From Octopus vulgaris (Eukaryota): 64,000 nt of DNA. The notes under the pieces were generated by a model, which was not told the origin of the DNA, searched no databases, and saw nothing but the letters and a program-made list of their open reading frames with translations. The stretch spans positions 59,396,001-59,460,000 of the forward strand of contig OX597816.1 of NCBI GenBank assembly GCA_951406725.2. The letters are read 5' to 3'. This document shows, one piece after another, positions 11,501-26,804 of the stretch. Position 1 is the first letter of the stretch. Each line of letters begins with the position of its first letter. The position numbers and the translations under genes are program-made.

Positions 11501-11677
11501 TCATGAAATTTTTTTTCACCTGATGATTTATAGAACCTGGTTAAATAGTATTTTTAGTATCAAGTGTGCACATCAACGTGCCATTGTTTTTCTTAAAACT
11601 GCTGTAAAATAATAACCTCAATTTAACACATATATACATATGTGTGTGTATATCTGTGTGTACGTATGTGTGTGTGT

Positions 11678-11727
<50 letters not shown>

Positions 11728-14371
11728 TCATTCAAAGCTGCTGGTTCTCACTCTTGGAATATGGCAAATCATTTGTTATTGCAATAGATGCATATTTTTC
11801 CTTATGGTAGGAAATTTAATTGCTCATGGATCAAAAAACACTGGTGAGGGCGCCATGTAAAAAAAAAAAAATGCATCCTATCTACTCTGTAGAGTGGTTG
11901 GCATTAGGAAAGGCACCCAGATGTAGAAACCATGCCAAAACAGCCACTGGAACCCAGTATGGTTTGCAGCCTTGCCAGCTCCTGTCAAACCATCCAACCC
12001 ATAGCTGTCTGGAAAATAGATACTAAATGAAGAGGATGAGATCACTAAACCTGGCTCTCCATCCCGTTTCATCACTATGATGCAGGTTTAAGCTTGTAAG
12101 GTCTTTTTTTTTCATGTCAATCATGGCATGGTCTGTTGTGGAGGATTTCACATGCAGAATCGCAACTAATTTGCATATTATTTGCAACTTCATCAACATA
12201 TAGGCGTAGAAGGGCAGTAAACTGGAAGAATCGTTAGCAGACAGGGCGAAATGTGTAGCAGTATTTCGTCTGCCATTACGATCTGAGTTCAAATTCCACT
12301 GAGGTCAACTTTGCCTTACATTCTTTCAGGGTTGATTAAATATGTACACACTGGGATCGATGTAATCGACTTAATCCCTTTGTGTATCCCTCTATATTTA
12401 AGCCCCTGTGGGCAATAAAGAAATATATAGGCGCAGACGTGGTTGTGTGGTAAGAAGCTTGCTGCTCAGCTACATGGTTCTGGGTTCAATCCCGTTGTGT
12501 GACACCTTGGACAAGTGTCTTCTGCTATAATCTTGGACCAACCAAAGCATTGAGAATGGATTTGGTGAACAGAAACTGTAAGAAGGCTGTGGTGTGTGCG
12601 TGTGTGTGTGTTTTCCCCCCTCAAGCAAGTGTTTTGGTCCTTAACTTCTTCCCTTCTAAGGGGGCCAGGTCATGACTCCTGTGTGCCCCTCTGCTGACAC
12701 CTTTTCAGCTCCTTGGATATCAGAGAGTTGTGCATTTAAACTTCTCGGAGATTTCATTTAATTGGAACCCCTCTCTGTCGACTCAGCTTTCAAAACGATA
12801 CTTGAAAGAAGGAATAACGCTGGTTGTCGTCTTTGGTGGTGGTCACAGTTGCCGATATTTCATGTTGAAAACTGCACATTAGTGACGAGAGAGGGACACC
12901 ATGTCTAAGAATGCATGCATAATTAATTTTACCGCCGATAGGAAAAGGTATATTAATGTATTGCTGATAATTAATGACTGATTAACGAATAATTAAGAAA
13001 TATTTCTTTCAGTCTAGTTGAGGAATTTTCAATGTTATTGATCTATCACCACCACCTTCATCATCACCATCATCATCCTGATCATCATCATCATCATCAT
13101 TATTTATTCATCCAGCTTTATTGCTATTAACTTTCCCTCCTTCGATGTATATCTCTTTCTCTCCATACCAAAAACTTGTACTAAAATATATTGTCAAACT
13201 TTCAATAAAGAATACGAAAAGAAAAAAACTTTCGAAGTTGTCTCCCATCAATTATGACATACAATTTTGTGGTGTTCAGAGTGCGGCAGAAAAACCTCCC
13301 TTACTTTATATGGACATTGTTGTGGTGCTCAACAAGACAGATAGATGGTATTTGTGCCTTAATGTAGCCAATGTTTTACTGTTTGTTTTTAGTCAGTTAC
13401 GATTATGGTTTAGACCGGTACACATTTTGTATTTGCTATGAAAACAGTGAATGTGTGGGTATTTTTTTCTGCACTCGGTGTCCTGTTTTTCTTAAGGTAG
13501 CGTTGTTTGTGTAATCATCAGCGTGACGGACAAAAATCCTCGTGTGATCGTGAGCGTGTCGGAGTCGAGGAAATAAAGTACCAGTTATGTCCTCGGGTCA
13601 ATGGCATTGATTAAACCCCCTTCACTCAGAATTGCTAGACTTGGACCACAGTTGGAAACGATTATTATTATTTTTTTAAAAGAAATCATTAATATATGTC
13701 TAATTAAAGCTGTGCATGGCAGAATCGGTAGAGCATCGGATAAAACGGCTTGTGATAACATTTTATCTTTCATCTTTTACTTGTTTTAGTCATTAGACTG
13801 CGGCCATGCTGGGGCACCACCTTGAAGAAGGCTAATGAATCGAACTCAGTAATTTTTTTTAAAGCCTGGCACTTATTTTATCAGTCTGTTTTGTTGAACT
13901 GCAAAGTTACGGTGGCGTGAATACACTAACACGAGTTGTCAGACAAACGCAGAAACACACACGCACACACACACACGACGGCTTCTTTCAGTTTCCGTCT
14001 ACCAATACTTGGAAGTTCTTGTCTTACATAAAATAAACTGGCCGCCATTCTAGTTAAAAGACGGTGGCTTATCTGTCTGTCTGTCTGTCTGCCTGCCTTC
14101 TCTCTCTTTCTCTCTGTCTCTGTCTGTCTGTCTGTCTGTCTCTCTATCTATCTCTTACAATGAAAGAAAACTGTGAATGTCTGATATACGATAGGGATTC
14201 TTGTGGACGTCTCCGTTATACGTCAAAACAAGAAGACTGCAATGCAATCAGTCTGGGTGAAGGGCAGAGTCTTTCTTTCAGCGTTTGTTGTTCAACACTT
14301 CGATTAAAACATTTTTTTTTAAATGAATGTCCCTGCCAGGAACAAAGTTTGAACATACTACACACACACAC

Positions 14372-14650
14372 AGGCACTCCGTCGGTTACGACGGCAAAGG
14401 TTCCAATTGATCCGATCAACGGAACGGCCGTCTCATAGAATTAACGTGAACGTGGTTGAGTACTCCACTGGCACAGCGTGACAAGACTGGCCCATTTGAA
14501 TAATAGGTACTACTCGTTTTTGCCAGCTGGGTGGACTGGAGCAACATGAAATAAAAGTCTTGCTCAAAGACACAACGCGCCGCCGGGAATCGAACTTACA
14601 ACCCTACGATCATGAGCCGAATGCCCTAACCATTAAACCACGCGCCTTCA
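14372..14650 (-). mobile_element. tRNA-SINE family C
   Basis: Reverse complement of tgaaggcgcgtggtttaatggttagggcattcggctc...gttcgattcccgg...gtgtctttgagcaagac. Matches 38625-38940. Confidence 0.8.
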
Positions 14651-14934
14651 CATACTTATGGAACGAACACAAAAGTTTTAATTCAAACCCTGTTGCCAGT
14701 TTAGTGTTTTGTTCATTTGTAACTTACTTTCGCCCATTTTCGAAATCCTACGCCCCCCCACCGTGATATTATCGACTCCACCACAGACGGACAAACGGGT
14801 CGACCAGAGCTTTATGAGTCGGTTTGGTGGACGGAAACTGAAAGAAGCCTGTCGTATATATATATTTATAGCTCGTCGTGTATATATTTATAGCCCGTCG
14901 TATACATACATATATATATACATACATATCATTT

Positions 14935-15153
14935 TTTCTCTTGTTTCAGTCATTTGACTGTGGCCATGCTGGAGCACCGCCTTTAGTCGAACAAATCGAC
15001 CCAGGGCTTATTCTTTGTAAACCTAGTACTTATTCTATCGGTCGCTTATGCCGAACCGCTAAGTTACGGGGACGTAAACACACCAGCATTGGTTGTCAAG
15101 CGATGTTGGGGGGATAAACACAGACACGCAAACACACCAATACACACACACAT

Positions 15154-15203
<50 letters not shown>

Positions 15204-15338
15204 GACGGGCTTCTTCCAGTTTCCGTCTACCAAATCCACTCACAAGAAGACTCTTGCCCAAAGTGCCACGCGGTGGGACTGAACCCGGAACCATGTGGTT
15301 GGTAAGCAGGCTACTTACCATACAGCCACGCCTGCACC
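14935..15338 (-). mobile_element. tRNA-SINE family A with internal microsatellite
   Basis: Reverse complement of the family A copy at 18683-19090. Confidence 0.85.
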
Positions 15339-15343
15339 TATGT

Positions 15344-15375
<32 letters not shown>

Positions 15376-15698
15376 TCGTGTTTGTCCTTACCGGTGTTGG
15401 TGTGTTTACATCACAGTAATCTAGCGGTCAGACAAGAGAGATTGCTAAAATAAGTACAGACTTTAATATATATATATATATATACATACACATATATATA
15501 TATATTGCCATGATAGATCGGTAGCCACTACCCACATATTTTTCTCTCCTTGTTTCTTTGTGTGTTCTTTCTGTGGAAGAGCGTAGTCTCGAAACAAGAA
15601 AAGGCTTTTTCAATTCCCGAGCGTTATACTAATACATCTGTTTGTTTTCTACACCACCTGTCTTCGTCTTTTGTTTTTTTTTCTTCGCGAATTCTCCC

Positions 15699-16003
15699 TA
15701 TATATATATATATATAAAACTGTAGTTGTGTGAGTGTCTGTCCCCTTCGATTTAGATTCCTAACTACTCCCACATTTTGCGGTGCAGTTTAACCAAAACC
15801 GGGTATCTTATAGTCGTGATTCATATCGAGCCCTTCTGGGTATTAGCGCGCGTCTACGATGAGTCTACGATTAAAAAAAAAAATTACCATCATTTTTTTC
15901 CATTTTTAATGCATATTTTTGCTATTTTTGGCTATAACTCTCTAAAAATGCTTATATAGTTATTTCCCTTACAAACCCGAGCAACGCCGGGCGATACTGC
16001 CAG
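15699..16003 (+). mobile_element. Non-autonomous Helitron-like element
   Basis: Starts (ta)n-aaaactgtagttgtgtgagtgtctgtcc. Ends with the GC hairpin cccgagcaacgccggg followed by gccag|t (degenerate CTAG). Confidence 0.65.
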
Positions 16004-16460
16004 TATATATATGTATATATATATATATATATATATAAGTACGATGGAGTGGGGGCGGAGCGTCTCAATGGACTAAAATTTCTTCAAGCGCGATGCCACT
16101 GCATGGCCGCAGTCTGACGACTGAAATGCGTAAATGGTAAAAAGAAAGATATGCTGGACTAAACACATTTGACTGATTGTCTTCGTAGAATAAAACGGAA
16201 AAGAATCTCAGCCAATCCACACAAACGAGTATGGTTTGGTTAATTGTAGCAGACATTGGTTTGGTTGCTTCTAGGGCCTTGGAAGTTGCAGACATCGGTA
16301 GCCTTATTACAGCAGAATGTGAGAGAAGCAGGAAGGAAAACGAAGGCTATGACGGCAATCGGTTGGTATTCGTTTACGGTTGAGTAGACTGAGACTGGGA
16401 GACCTGTGATTGATCTATTAGTCGCAGTATTATCCCTCATTGTCGGCCGGATAATAGCTG

Positions 16461-16541
<81 letters not shown>

Positions 16542-16542
16542 A

Positions 16543-16577
<35 letters not shown>

Positions 16578-16592
16578 TCATACATACATATA

Positions 16593-16998
16593 TATTTCTT
16601 TGTTGCCCACAAGGGTCTAAACACAGAGGGGACAAACAAAGGGATTAAGTCGATTACATCGACACCAGTGTATAACTGGCACTTATTTAAACGATCCCCG
16701 AAAGGATGAAAGGCAAAGTCGACCTCGGCGGAATTTGAACTCAGAACGTAGCGGCAGACAAAATACCTATTTCTTTACTACCCACAAAGGGCTAAACACA
16801 GAGAGGACAAACAAGGACAGACAAACGGATTAAGTCGATTATATCGACCCCAGTGCGTAACTGGTACTTATTTAATCGACCCCGAGAGGATGAAAGGCAA
16901 AGTCGACCTCGGCGAAATTTGAACTCAGAACGTAACGGCAGACGAAATACGGCAACGCATTTTGCCGGGCGTGCTAACGTTTCTGCCAGCTCGCCACC
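16593..16998 (-). mobile_element. Dimeric tRNA-SINE family B
   Basis: Full unit followed by a second, headless unit joined at aaagaaatag|gtattt. Confidence 0.85.
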
Positions 16999-17029
<31 letters not shown>

Positions 17030-17885
17030 CACACACATATATTTATGTACAAACACATCTTACAGATTTAATATTTATATTCAAATATAAACATTCAATA
17101 TACATTTGTGTATGTGTGTGTATGTGTGCGCGTGTGCTTGTGTATAGGGGTGCAAGGGTTGGTAGGGCGGTGTGTCAATGTTCCAGTCTTATTAAATCTC
17201 TTCAATGAAATAGGTAGATAGGTATGTAGGTGAATGGATAGGTTGGTAAGTGCTAGGTAGTTCGATGAAGAGATAAGTAAGCAGGTAGCTACACATAATA
17301 GGAAATAGGTAACAAAGCAGGTAGCTAGGTTAGCAGAAAGGTTGCTATGACAAATGAAAGGGAGAGTAAGAGAGAGAGAGAGAGGTGGGGAGAGAAACTG
17401 CTACAAAACAATTTCTAAACTTTGCTGTCGTCTGGTTGCAATATTTTCCAATCGTTAATCAATCACATTTAAAGCAGCAATAAAACACACGGAGAGAACA
17501 AGCTAGACACTAAACCATTGTGGGTTCTGTATGTCACAGCGCAATAATACCACCTGCTGCATTACAAGAGAGCGGGAACTTGTCTGGTTTTGAGCTGTAT
17601 GTCAGCTAATTTTACAGAGTATATATTTATATATATATATATATACAGGTACTTCAAGACAGCTCCTTATATGTTTCAGGTGAGGTCAACGACTGGGCAG
17701 ACATAATAATTACCATTACAGACACACGTGAATATCTCTATGCAAACGTGAATGAAGATCCGTTGTGAGAGGAAAGCGGCAGGAAGATATGCACTTTAGC
17801 ATAAGACTGACACGTTGAGAAATCCACACATGCACATAACACTGTCTTCTCTATCTCTCCCTCTCACTATTTCTCTCTATATTAT

Positions 17886-18670
<785 letters not shown>

Positions 18671-18682
18671 ATATATATTATA

Positions 18683-19088
18683 GGCGCAGGAGTGGCTGTG
18701 TGGTAAGTAGCTTGCTTACCAACCACATGGTTCCGGGTTCAGTCCCACTGCGTGACAACTTAGGCAAGTGTCTTCTACTATAGCTTCGGGCCGACCAAAG
18801 CCTTGTGAGTGGATTTGGTAGACGGAAACTGAAAGAAGCCAGTCGTGTATATGTATATATATGTGAATGCGTGTGTATGTGTTGGTATGTCTGTGTTTGT
18901 CCCCCCAACATCGCTTGACAACCGATGCTGGTGTGTTTATGTCTCCGTAACTCAGCGGTTCGGCAAAAGAGACCGATAGAATAAGTACTAGGCTTACAAA
19001 GAATAAGTCCTGGGGTCGATTTGTTCGACTAAAGGCGGTGCTCCAGCATGGTCGCAGTCAAATGACTGAAACAAATAAAAGACTAAAA

Positions 19089-19090
<2 letters not shown>
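18683..19090 (+). mobile_element. Full-length tRNA-SINE family A
   Basis: A box tggctgtgtggt, B box ggttcagtccc, internal (TA/TG)n, and 3' gctccagcatggtcgcagtcaaatgactgaaac. Other copies at about 1845-2043, 13780-14005, 23490-23780, 24240-24865, 36890-37097, 45985-46950 and 55245-55575. Confidence 0.88.
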
Positions 19091-19138
<48 letters not shown>

Positions 19139-19188
19139 GGCTCCCATTTATATATATATATCAGAAATACTAAATTTCTAAATACAAC

Positions 19189-19229
<41 letters not shown>

Positions 19230-19978
19230 CCTAGCTGTAGGTAAACTGTTAAGAATGTAAACATGTTCCCTATTCTTTTATTAAGCTGTAACATCTTAAT
19301 ATATGATGACTTTATATTGTGGATGAATATTTTCCATATCAGCGACCGGAGAAAGAAATCGAGTTCGTCTTCTCTGAGGAGTGGCCACAAATTGCGAAAC
19401 AGTTTATCATGAGACTGTGTTGCAATGAAATAAACATTTTCGCCTCGATTTTAATAAACTTTACTCAGAATACATTTCGCTGCTATCATTGTTAAACTGT
19501 CGTATGTCCAAATTTGGCCAAATGCGTTTTTTTTTCTACCTTTTTTTCAATACTTATTTTTGCTTGCAATAGCCGGTTCTTTTGGTCCAACTATCGTATT
19601 TCCTGCTGCTTCAGATGCCAAGATATCAAAAATTGTCAAAGTGTAGTACAATGGTTTTTGCTATGAAATGGTGAAACTATTTTTTTGTTTTCTGAAAAAG
19701 CAACTTTTGGGACTTACGACACTTTTGCATAATAGCAACGATATATTCACTCACACAATGGTTTCATGAATCAATGATTGCTACCGATTCGCTGATGTAA
19801 TGTTAACTTATTTCTGTTCATGGATCTCGAATTTTATACACCATCCGGTTGAAAGGTAAAGCTTTTGAGACGATGTCTCCTGGAGCTAAATTACAGCAAC
19901 TTTCGTCCTAAACCAGGACCGCCAAGTTATGTTGGTAAATAATCTTTACTCTAGCTTTTGAGCAATATTATATATAAA

Positions 19979-20341
19979 CTAGCACTATGACCCGGCAACG
20001 ACGGGTCATAGTGCTAGTGCATGCATATACAGCTGCGTGCGCACATACACGCGAGTACTGTCCAAATCTCCGACCAATCACATACAGCTAGCTGGTATTC
20101 AATTGGCGTATCAAGTTTCGGGCATTTTGATTGGGTTTTGGATAGAAATTTCACAAAAAAAGTCACTTCTATTGACTTTTTAATGGCTTTGCGGGGTGAC
20201 TGGGGAAATGTAAAGATATGCAAGACCACCCTTGGACGGTTTTGAATGACCATGGAAAGTGCGAGCTTTCTAACTGAAAAATTATGCATTTGTATAAAGG
20301 ACACACACACAGACATTTTGCCGTTTATGTATATAGAGAGA
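19979..20341 (-). mobile_element. Non-autonomous Helitron, copy 1
   Basis: Minus strand begins A|TC and ends in the hairpin ctagcactatgacccg...cgggtcatagtgCTAG|T. Near-identical to 22228-22595. Confidence 0.88.
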
Positions 20342-21183
20342 TTTCTTGTATCCATGCACTGTAAGCTGTGTATGTGTTGATCACTGGCTGAATAAACCGT
20401 TAGGCGAAACTCAAAGTCGCATTCAACTAAAATTTTACAATAAATTTAGCTCTGCTCTCAGTATTGAATCACAACCCACCATCATCTGGTATGTTCCGTT
20501 GTTATTCTTAAACTAGAATAAAAACAATAAATTCAATTTATCTTGCAACAAGCTATTATTTAGTAACTTTTATTCCGACAGCATTGCAAGCGATAACATG
20601 TTCACTCACCTATTGTTTACTTACCCAAGTATATATAAATCTCTCTCGAGTTTCTCATATACGAAGACAGTTTAACGCATTTTATTTTTAACATATTCTT
20701 GAGATTTTCCTTTCGTTTCTGCCAGACCACCACTAATGTTTTCGACCCACACTGCTCTCCCCCTCCTTCCTCCTCTCTTCCTCTTTCTTCTTCTCACCAT
20801 TTATTTCTCTATCTCAGCTCTACGTTGATTGCATTCTTGAGCATATTCAATAACGCACAATTTAAAACCATCTTCATAATTTGATCGTTTGCCTTTACAG
20901 CCGTTGGTTTAGCCTCTACATACCCATACCGTTTTCTATCCAAATTACGAAGTTTCTCAACACTTCTGCCAACAAATCTGTGAAATTAGGCACGAGAAAT
21001 CAAGGCTACAATGAACATAAAGTCATCTGTTGCTTTGTAATAAAATAAAAATATTCCATTAGTCGTCGAGTTTGTTTTATCGTTACGTTATCGATCCGTT
21101 TGTCTGTACACCACCGATATTCATATCAATTATGTAGGGACAGGACCAGCACGCTCTACATAATCATATTGCCAGTGTGAGCG

Positions 21184-21242
<59 letters not shown>

Positions 21243-21883
21243 GTATGTGTGTGCACGTGCAAGCAAGCGCGCATGTTAGAGAGTGCTGCGAATTTCAAGT
21301 ACTAAACAGGGTTCAAAAGTTAGGTCGCAGGCTGTTTTTCGTGCCTTTTTTCCCCCCCTTAAAACAAGAAATCGAGTTATTTACAATTAAGTACGGTAGA
21401 TAACACACATAGTACAAATATTAATATTTATTAACACAAAAGTAGGAAATGAAATACTATATGGTAGAATCCTTATAGCATAAATATTCCTTCTAATGTT
21501 GCCAAGATTTCCGAAGCTTTGTAAATAAAAAGTTGCTTATACGCCGTAAATATCATTAAAGCCTTTAATAAAAACACCATCAAGGTGAGCTACAGTTTAA
21601 CCTAAAAAATCACTGTTTCCATAGTCAGTATAAACGGAACATTCAAAACCCTTCCCCGCTTTGCTATAGCAACAGCCCAAATAATTTTCCCTTTCAGCAA
21701 TCGATGTCCGTGACAACAAAAAGTTACACATGGCTTACAGGAAATCTTTCTCAATAAAATTTTCGCAACACACACACACACACACACGCACACAAACGCA
21801 CATATACAAAGAATCACACTCATTCACACATACATACATACTTAATATACATATATGAATGCCTGTTTGTTTGTATATCTATA

Positions 21884-21987
<104 letters not shown>

Positions 21988-22227
21988 AATCAATCAATCA
22001 ATCAATCAGTCAGTCAGTCAGTCAGTCAGTCAGTCAATCAATCAACCAATCAGGCATGAAATTTTTGGGGAGGAGACCAGTGGATTAGATCGACCCAAAT
22101 ACGCAATTGGTGCTTAATTTATTGACTCCCAAAAAATGAAAAGCAAAGTCGGTCTGCAAAACATTTCGCCCGGCGTGCTAACGTTTCTGCCAGCAAAACG
22201 TACATTACTAAGGCAAAACGTACATTA

Positions 22228-22595
22228 CTAGCATTATGACCCGGCGTTGCCGGGTCATAGTGCTAAGGCATGCATATACAGCTGCGTGCGTGCACACATA
22301 CACGCGAGTACTGTCCAAATCTCCGACCAATTACATACAGCTAGCTGACATTCAATTGGCGTATCAAGTTTCGGGCATTTTGATTGGGTTTTGGATAGAA
22401 AATTCACAAAAAAGTTACTTCTATTGATTTTTTAATGGCTTTGCGGGGTGACTGGGGAAATGTAAAGATGTGCACGACCATCCTTGGACGGTTTTGAATG
22501 ACCATAGAAAGTGCGAGCCCTCTAACTGAAAAATTGTGCATTTGTATAAAGGACACACACACAGACAGACATTTTGCCGTTTATATATATAGAGA
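22228..22595 (-). mobile_element. Non-autonomous Helitron, copy 2
   Basis: Same TC...hairpin-CTAG termini and A|T insertion site as copy 1. Confidence 0.88.
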
Positions 22596-22599
22596 TTAA

Positions 22600-23130
22600 G
22601 GCGGCGAGCTGGCAGAAACGTTAGCACGATGGGCGAAATGCTTAGCGGTATATCGTCTGCCGTTACGTTCTGGGTTCAAATTCCGCCGAGGTCGACTTTG
22701 CCTCTTATCCTTTCGGGGTCGATAATTGAAGCGCCAGTTACGTACTGGGGTCGATGTAATCGACTTAATCCCTTTGTCTGTCTTTGTTTGTCCCCTCTGC
22801 GTTTAGCCCCTTGTGGGTAGTAAAGAAATATATATAGAGAAATATTAAAAGACAGGGTACAATATACATCAGTTTGCTAGAAAGCGGAGTTAAAATTCTT
22901 CGAAGCCACGCTGGCAGAAACGTTAGGACGCCGGGCGAAATGCGTAACCGTATTTCGTCCGCCGTTATGTTCTGAGTTCAAATCCCGCCGAGGTCGACTT
23001 TGCCTTTCATCCTTTCGGGGTCAATAAATTAAGTACCAGTTACGCACTGGGGTCGATGTAATCGACTTAATCCCTTTGTCTGTCCTTGTTTGTCCCCTCT
23101 ATATGTAGCCCCTTGTGGGCAATAAAGAAA
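22600..23130 (+). mobile_element. Two tRNA-SINE family B copies (22600-22830 and about 22910-23130)
   Basis: ggcggcgagctggcagaaacgttagc...ggttcaaattcc...taaagaaata. Another copy lies at 25897-26128. Confidence 0.85.
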
Positions 23131-23375
23131 TATATATGTAAACACGTACGAAGAAGGTAATAAATATACAGAAAGTGAAATCAATTGATGCTGGGATATC
23201 TACTCTCCTTTTTGTACTTTTACAAATGGGGACGGCTGCGTTTTTTGAAATATATTTGCGACATTCTCCGTGCGTGCTAGTGAGAGATGCGTGGCTTTGG
23301 AAGGTTTCAAACCAACTTTCTAGCAAACAGATGCATATTGTGCCCCTGACTTTGACAACAACAACAACAACAACA

Positions 23376-23448
<73 letters not shown>

Positions 23449-24009
23449 ATAATAATAATAATTATTATATATATATATATATATATATATACGCAAGCAT
23501 TGCTATGTGGTAAGAAGTTCGAGGTTCAATCCCATTGCGTGTCACTTTAGACAAGGGTCTTCTACTAGGAGCCTTGTGCGCGCGCGAGTATGCGTGCGTA
23601 TGTGTGTGTATGTGTGTGTGTGTGTGTGTAAACGTATGTCTTGATGTCTCCGTAACTTAGCCGATAAAATAATTACCAGGCTGTAAAAAAAGGAAATACT
23701 AGTGTCGATTCGTTCGACTAAAATTCTTGAAGGCGATGCCCCAGCATGGTCGCAGTCTAATGAAAGAAACAAGAAAAAATACAATATAGTAGAGGACTAT
23801 GCAGTGGGACTGAAACCGGAACCATTTGGTTGAGAAGCAAACTTCTTACCACACAGCCACTCCTGCACTTGTATGTGTGCGTATGTATGTATGTATGTAT
23901 GTATGTATGTATGTATGTATGTATGTATGTATGTATGTATGTATGTATGTATGTATGTATGTATGTATGTATGTATGTATGTATGTATGTATGTATGTAT
24001 GTATGTATG

Positions 24010-24040
<31 letters not shown>

Positions 24041-24475
24041 GGTGGCGTAAATGTGTGTGTTTAAATAATTCATTGAGACACTTAATAGGTTTGTTATCTT
24101 CAAAGCTTATAACTTTTAATAAGTCTGTAACCTAGATTCGATTAAAAAGTGAGCGCGGGTTTCTTGCTGCGGACCTATTGGACAATCCTGTCAGGCGGCA
24201 TATAGAGGAAGCCATAATTAAGATGTTCGGGTAATTTCATCTTTTATCTTTTTAATTGTTTCAGTCATTAGACTGCGGCCATGCTGGGGCATCGCATTGA
24301 AGAATTTTTAAGCGAGTGAATCGACCCCAGTACATATTCTGTCCACCCCATTTGCTCAACCGCTAAAGTTACAGGGACACAAACTCACCAACACAGAAAC
24401 AAAGAACCCTCCCCCAACAATATATATATATAAAGATAGATAGACAGACAGACAGATATATATATATATATATAT

Positions 24476-24526
<51 letters not shown>

Positions 24527-24631
24527 GGTCCCGGGTTGAGTCGGGGTTAACCACAGTAAATAAGGTACTCAATACATGGCAGTTCTATAAAATATATATA
24601 TATATATATAAAGATAGATAGACAGACAGAC

Positions 24632-24699
<68 letters not shown>

Positions 24700-25240
24700 C
24701 GACGGGCTTCTTTCAGTTTCCGTCTACCAAATCCACTCACAAGGCTCTGATCTGCCCGAGGCAGTAGTAGAAAGCAGTTGCCCAAGGTGTCACGCTGAGA
24801 GACTGAACCCAGAACCACGTGGTCGAGAATCAAGCTTCTTACCAGAAGGCCACCCCTTCTCCTATAAATACTGTTTCAGATTCTCTCCATCCAAAGTAAA
24901 TGATTTAGTTGAGGAAACTGAGAGTGGAGTAAGTAAATGAGGGAAGTTATGTAACATTAACATATGACGTATGAATTTAATTATCGATATGAAATTGTCG
25001 CAGGCCGCTGCGTTCTGAAATAAAACGACAAACAGAACATGTGTCGTTCTCAGTGAGTTAATATTAATGAGATGCTGTAATTAGGTCAAAATTAAAATAA
25101 ATTACAATTATGTCAGTATGCCTCACCTACTTGTTCTCTCAATAATTACTTTATTACAACATTAGAACATTTGTTTCTGCTACATTTTATATTCCTGATG
25201 CCTTTTTGTAACGCGTGGCACTCCTTGCTGCAAATGCTGA

Positions 25241-25624
25241 TGTTGCTGTTGCTGTTTAGCGAACGGTTTTTGTCCCAGAGCTCGCAAGATGGGAGAAGAC
25301 CGAAACGTGGTCCTTTGCTATTCGTAAGACCCGCAGAAGAGAAAGCAGGTCAACCCCCGACACCGAGAGCATCGACGGATGGATGAGTGCGCATCCAGGC
25401 TCAGCGGTTGCGTAGGAAGTCGGGGACAAGAAACAGGAAGAAAGAGTGAGAGAAAGTTGGAGCGAAAGAGTACAACAGGGGTAGCAAACACCCCAACTGC
25501 CGGAGCATCGTGGAGCTTTAGGTGTTTTCGCTCAATAAACACACACAACGCCCAGTCTGGGAATCGAAACCGCGATCCTCCGACCGCGAGTTCGCTGCCC
25601 TAACCATTGGGCCATTGCGCCTCC
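25241..25624 (-). mobile_element. Full-length tRNA-SINE family D with 15-bp target-site duplication
   Basis: tgctgcaaatgctga at 25226-25240 and 25625-25639. Head ggaggcgcaatggcccaatggttagggc. Confidence 0.92.
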
Positions 25625-26509
25625 TGCTGCAAATGCTGACGGGATGGATAGGTATAACAATTATTTCCACACCTTCCGGCAGTATTGCTGTCTCCACGCT
25701 GCTTACCATCATCGATGTTATCAATGTAAGGTCGGGAGATTTAGACTCCTCATCGTCAGTCGCTTTCTCCACATCCTGTTATTCATGCAGCCACAAGCAC
25801 CAAACGAGGGGCAGTTGCACAGCTACCCACCATCCCATGTAACAACTATTTTTTGTTGTTGGTGCTCTCTGAAGATATGTTCTTCAGGTTTTGGAAGGCG
25901 GCGAGCTGGTAGAATCGTTTGCACGCCGGCCTAAATGCTTAACGGTATTTCGTCTGTCGCTACGTTCTGAGTTCAAATTCCGCCGAGGTCGACTTTGCTT
26001 TTCATCCTTTCGGGGTCGATTAAATAAGTACCAGTTACGCACTGGGGTCGATATAATCGACTTAATCCATTTGTCTGTCCTTGTTTGTCCTCTCTGTGTT
26101 TAGCCCCTTGTGGGTAGTAAAAAAATAGGTTTTGGTTTGGTCGCTTTTAGTCCTTCCCTAATACACCTCAATCATAGCTTTGCTATATCCAAGAACTCTT
26201 TCTGCAATTTACCAATTACGATTCTGCTTTCATTCCTAAGTCCACTTTTGGCGTGTGATCTGACAACATGTAAATCTTCCCCAGAAGAATCTACTTAGTA
26301 ACTTTATCAAGCTTTGTGTATCAACGCTGGTGCACTTAAACAGCTGAATACCGCATATAGTCATTGAACGATGACGGGAATAACATAAGAGAGACCTGTC
26401 TCTCGTGTCAGCTCTGCGGCTGAAGAGGAGATAACCACTTTGAAATGTATGCATCCCGCATTTTGGTTATGTGTCGCTGTGAGCTGACTCGGTGTATTTA
26501 CTTCACTAC

Positions 26510-26804
26510 AGATTTCACTTCTTTGCCCCATGAAAGAAAGTTTGAGAGGCAAACATTATTCCAGTGACGAGGAAGTGAAAACTGTAGTGAAGAAGTGGCT
26601 CAAAGAACAGTCAACAGAATTTTACAGGTCAGGGCTACATGCTCTCATTCGAAGGTTGCTATTGAGAGAAACGGTGACTATGTTGAGGAGTGGGGATCTG
26701 ATCCACAGAGGACCAGCTTCATTTTGATGCATGATACATGTTCCTGTGTTGGTAATTACACCTCTCCTAAACAAAATGGCATTACTTTTTGACTCACCCT
26801 TGTA
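26510..26804 (+). mobile_element. Mariner 3' fragment
   Basis: MKESLRGKHYSSDEEVKTVVKKWLKEQSTEFYRSG and ERNGDYVE, then a TIR-like ttactttttgactcacccttg-TA. Confidence 0.8.

Noticed and set aside
18683-18755. tRNA genes at SINE heads (also 4203, 22600, 25550-25624, 38625, about 40435-40495)
   Set aside because: A/B boxes are present, but no convincing complete cloverleaf was seen, and most continue into SINE bodies.
25640-25780. Possible minus-strand exon (EKATDDEESKSPDL...)
   Set aside because: Weak acceptor, no donor or recognisable protein, and the ORF runs into a SINE.
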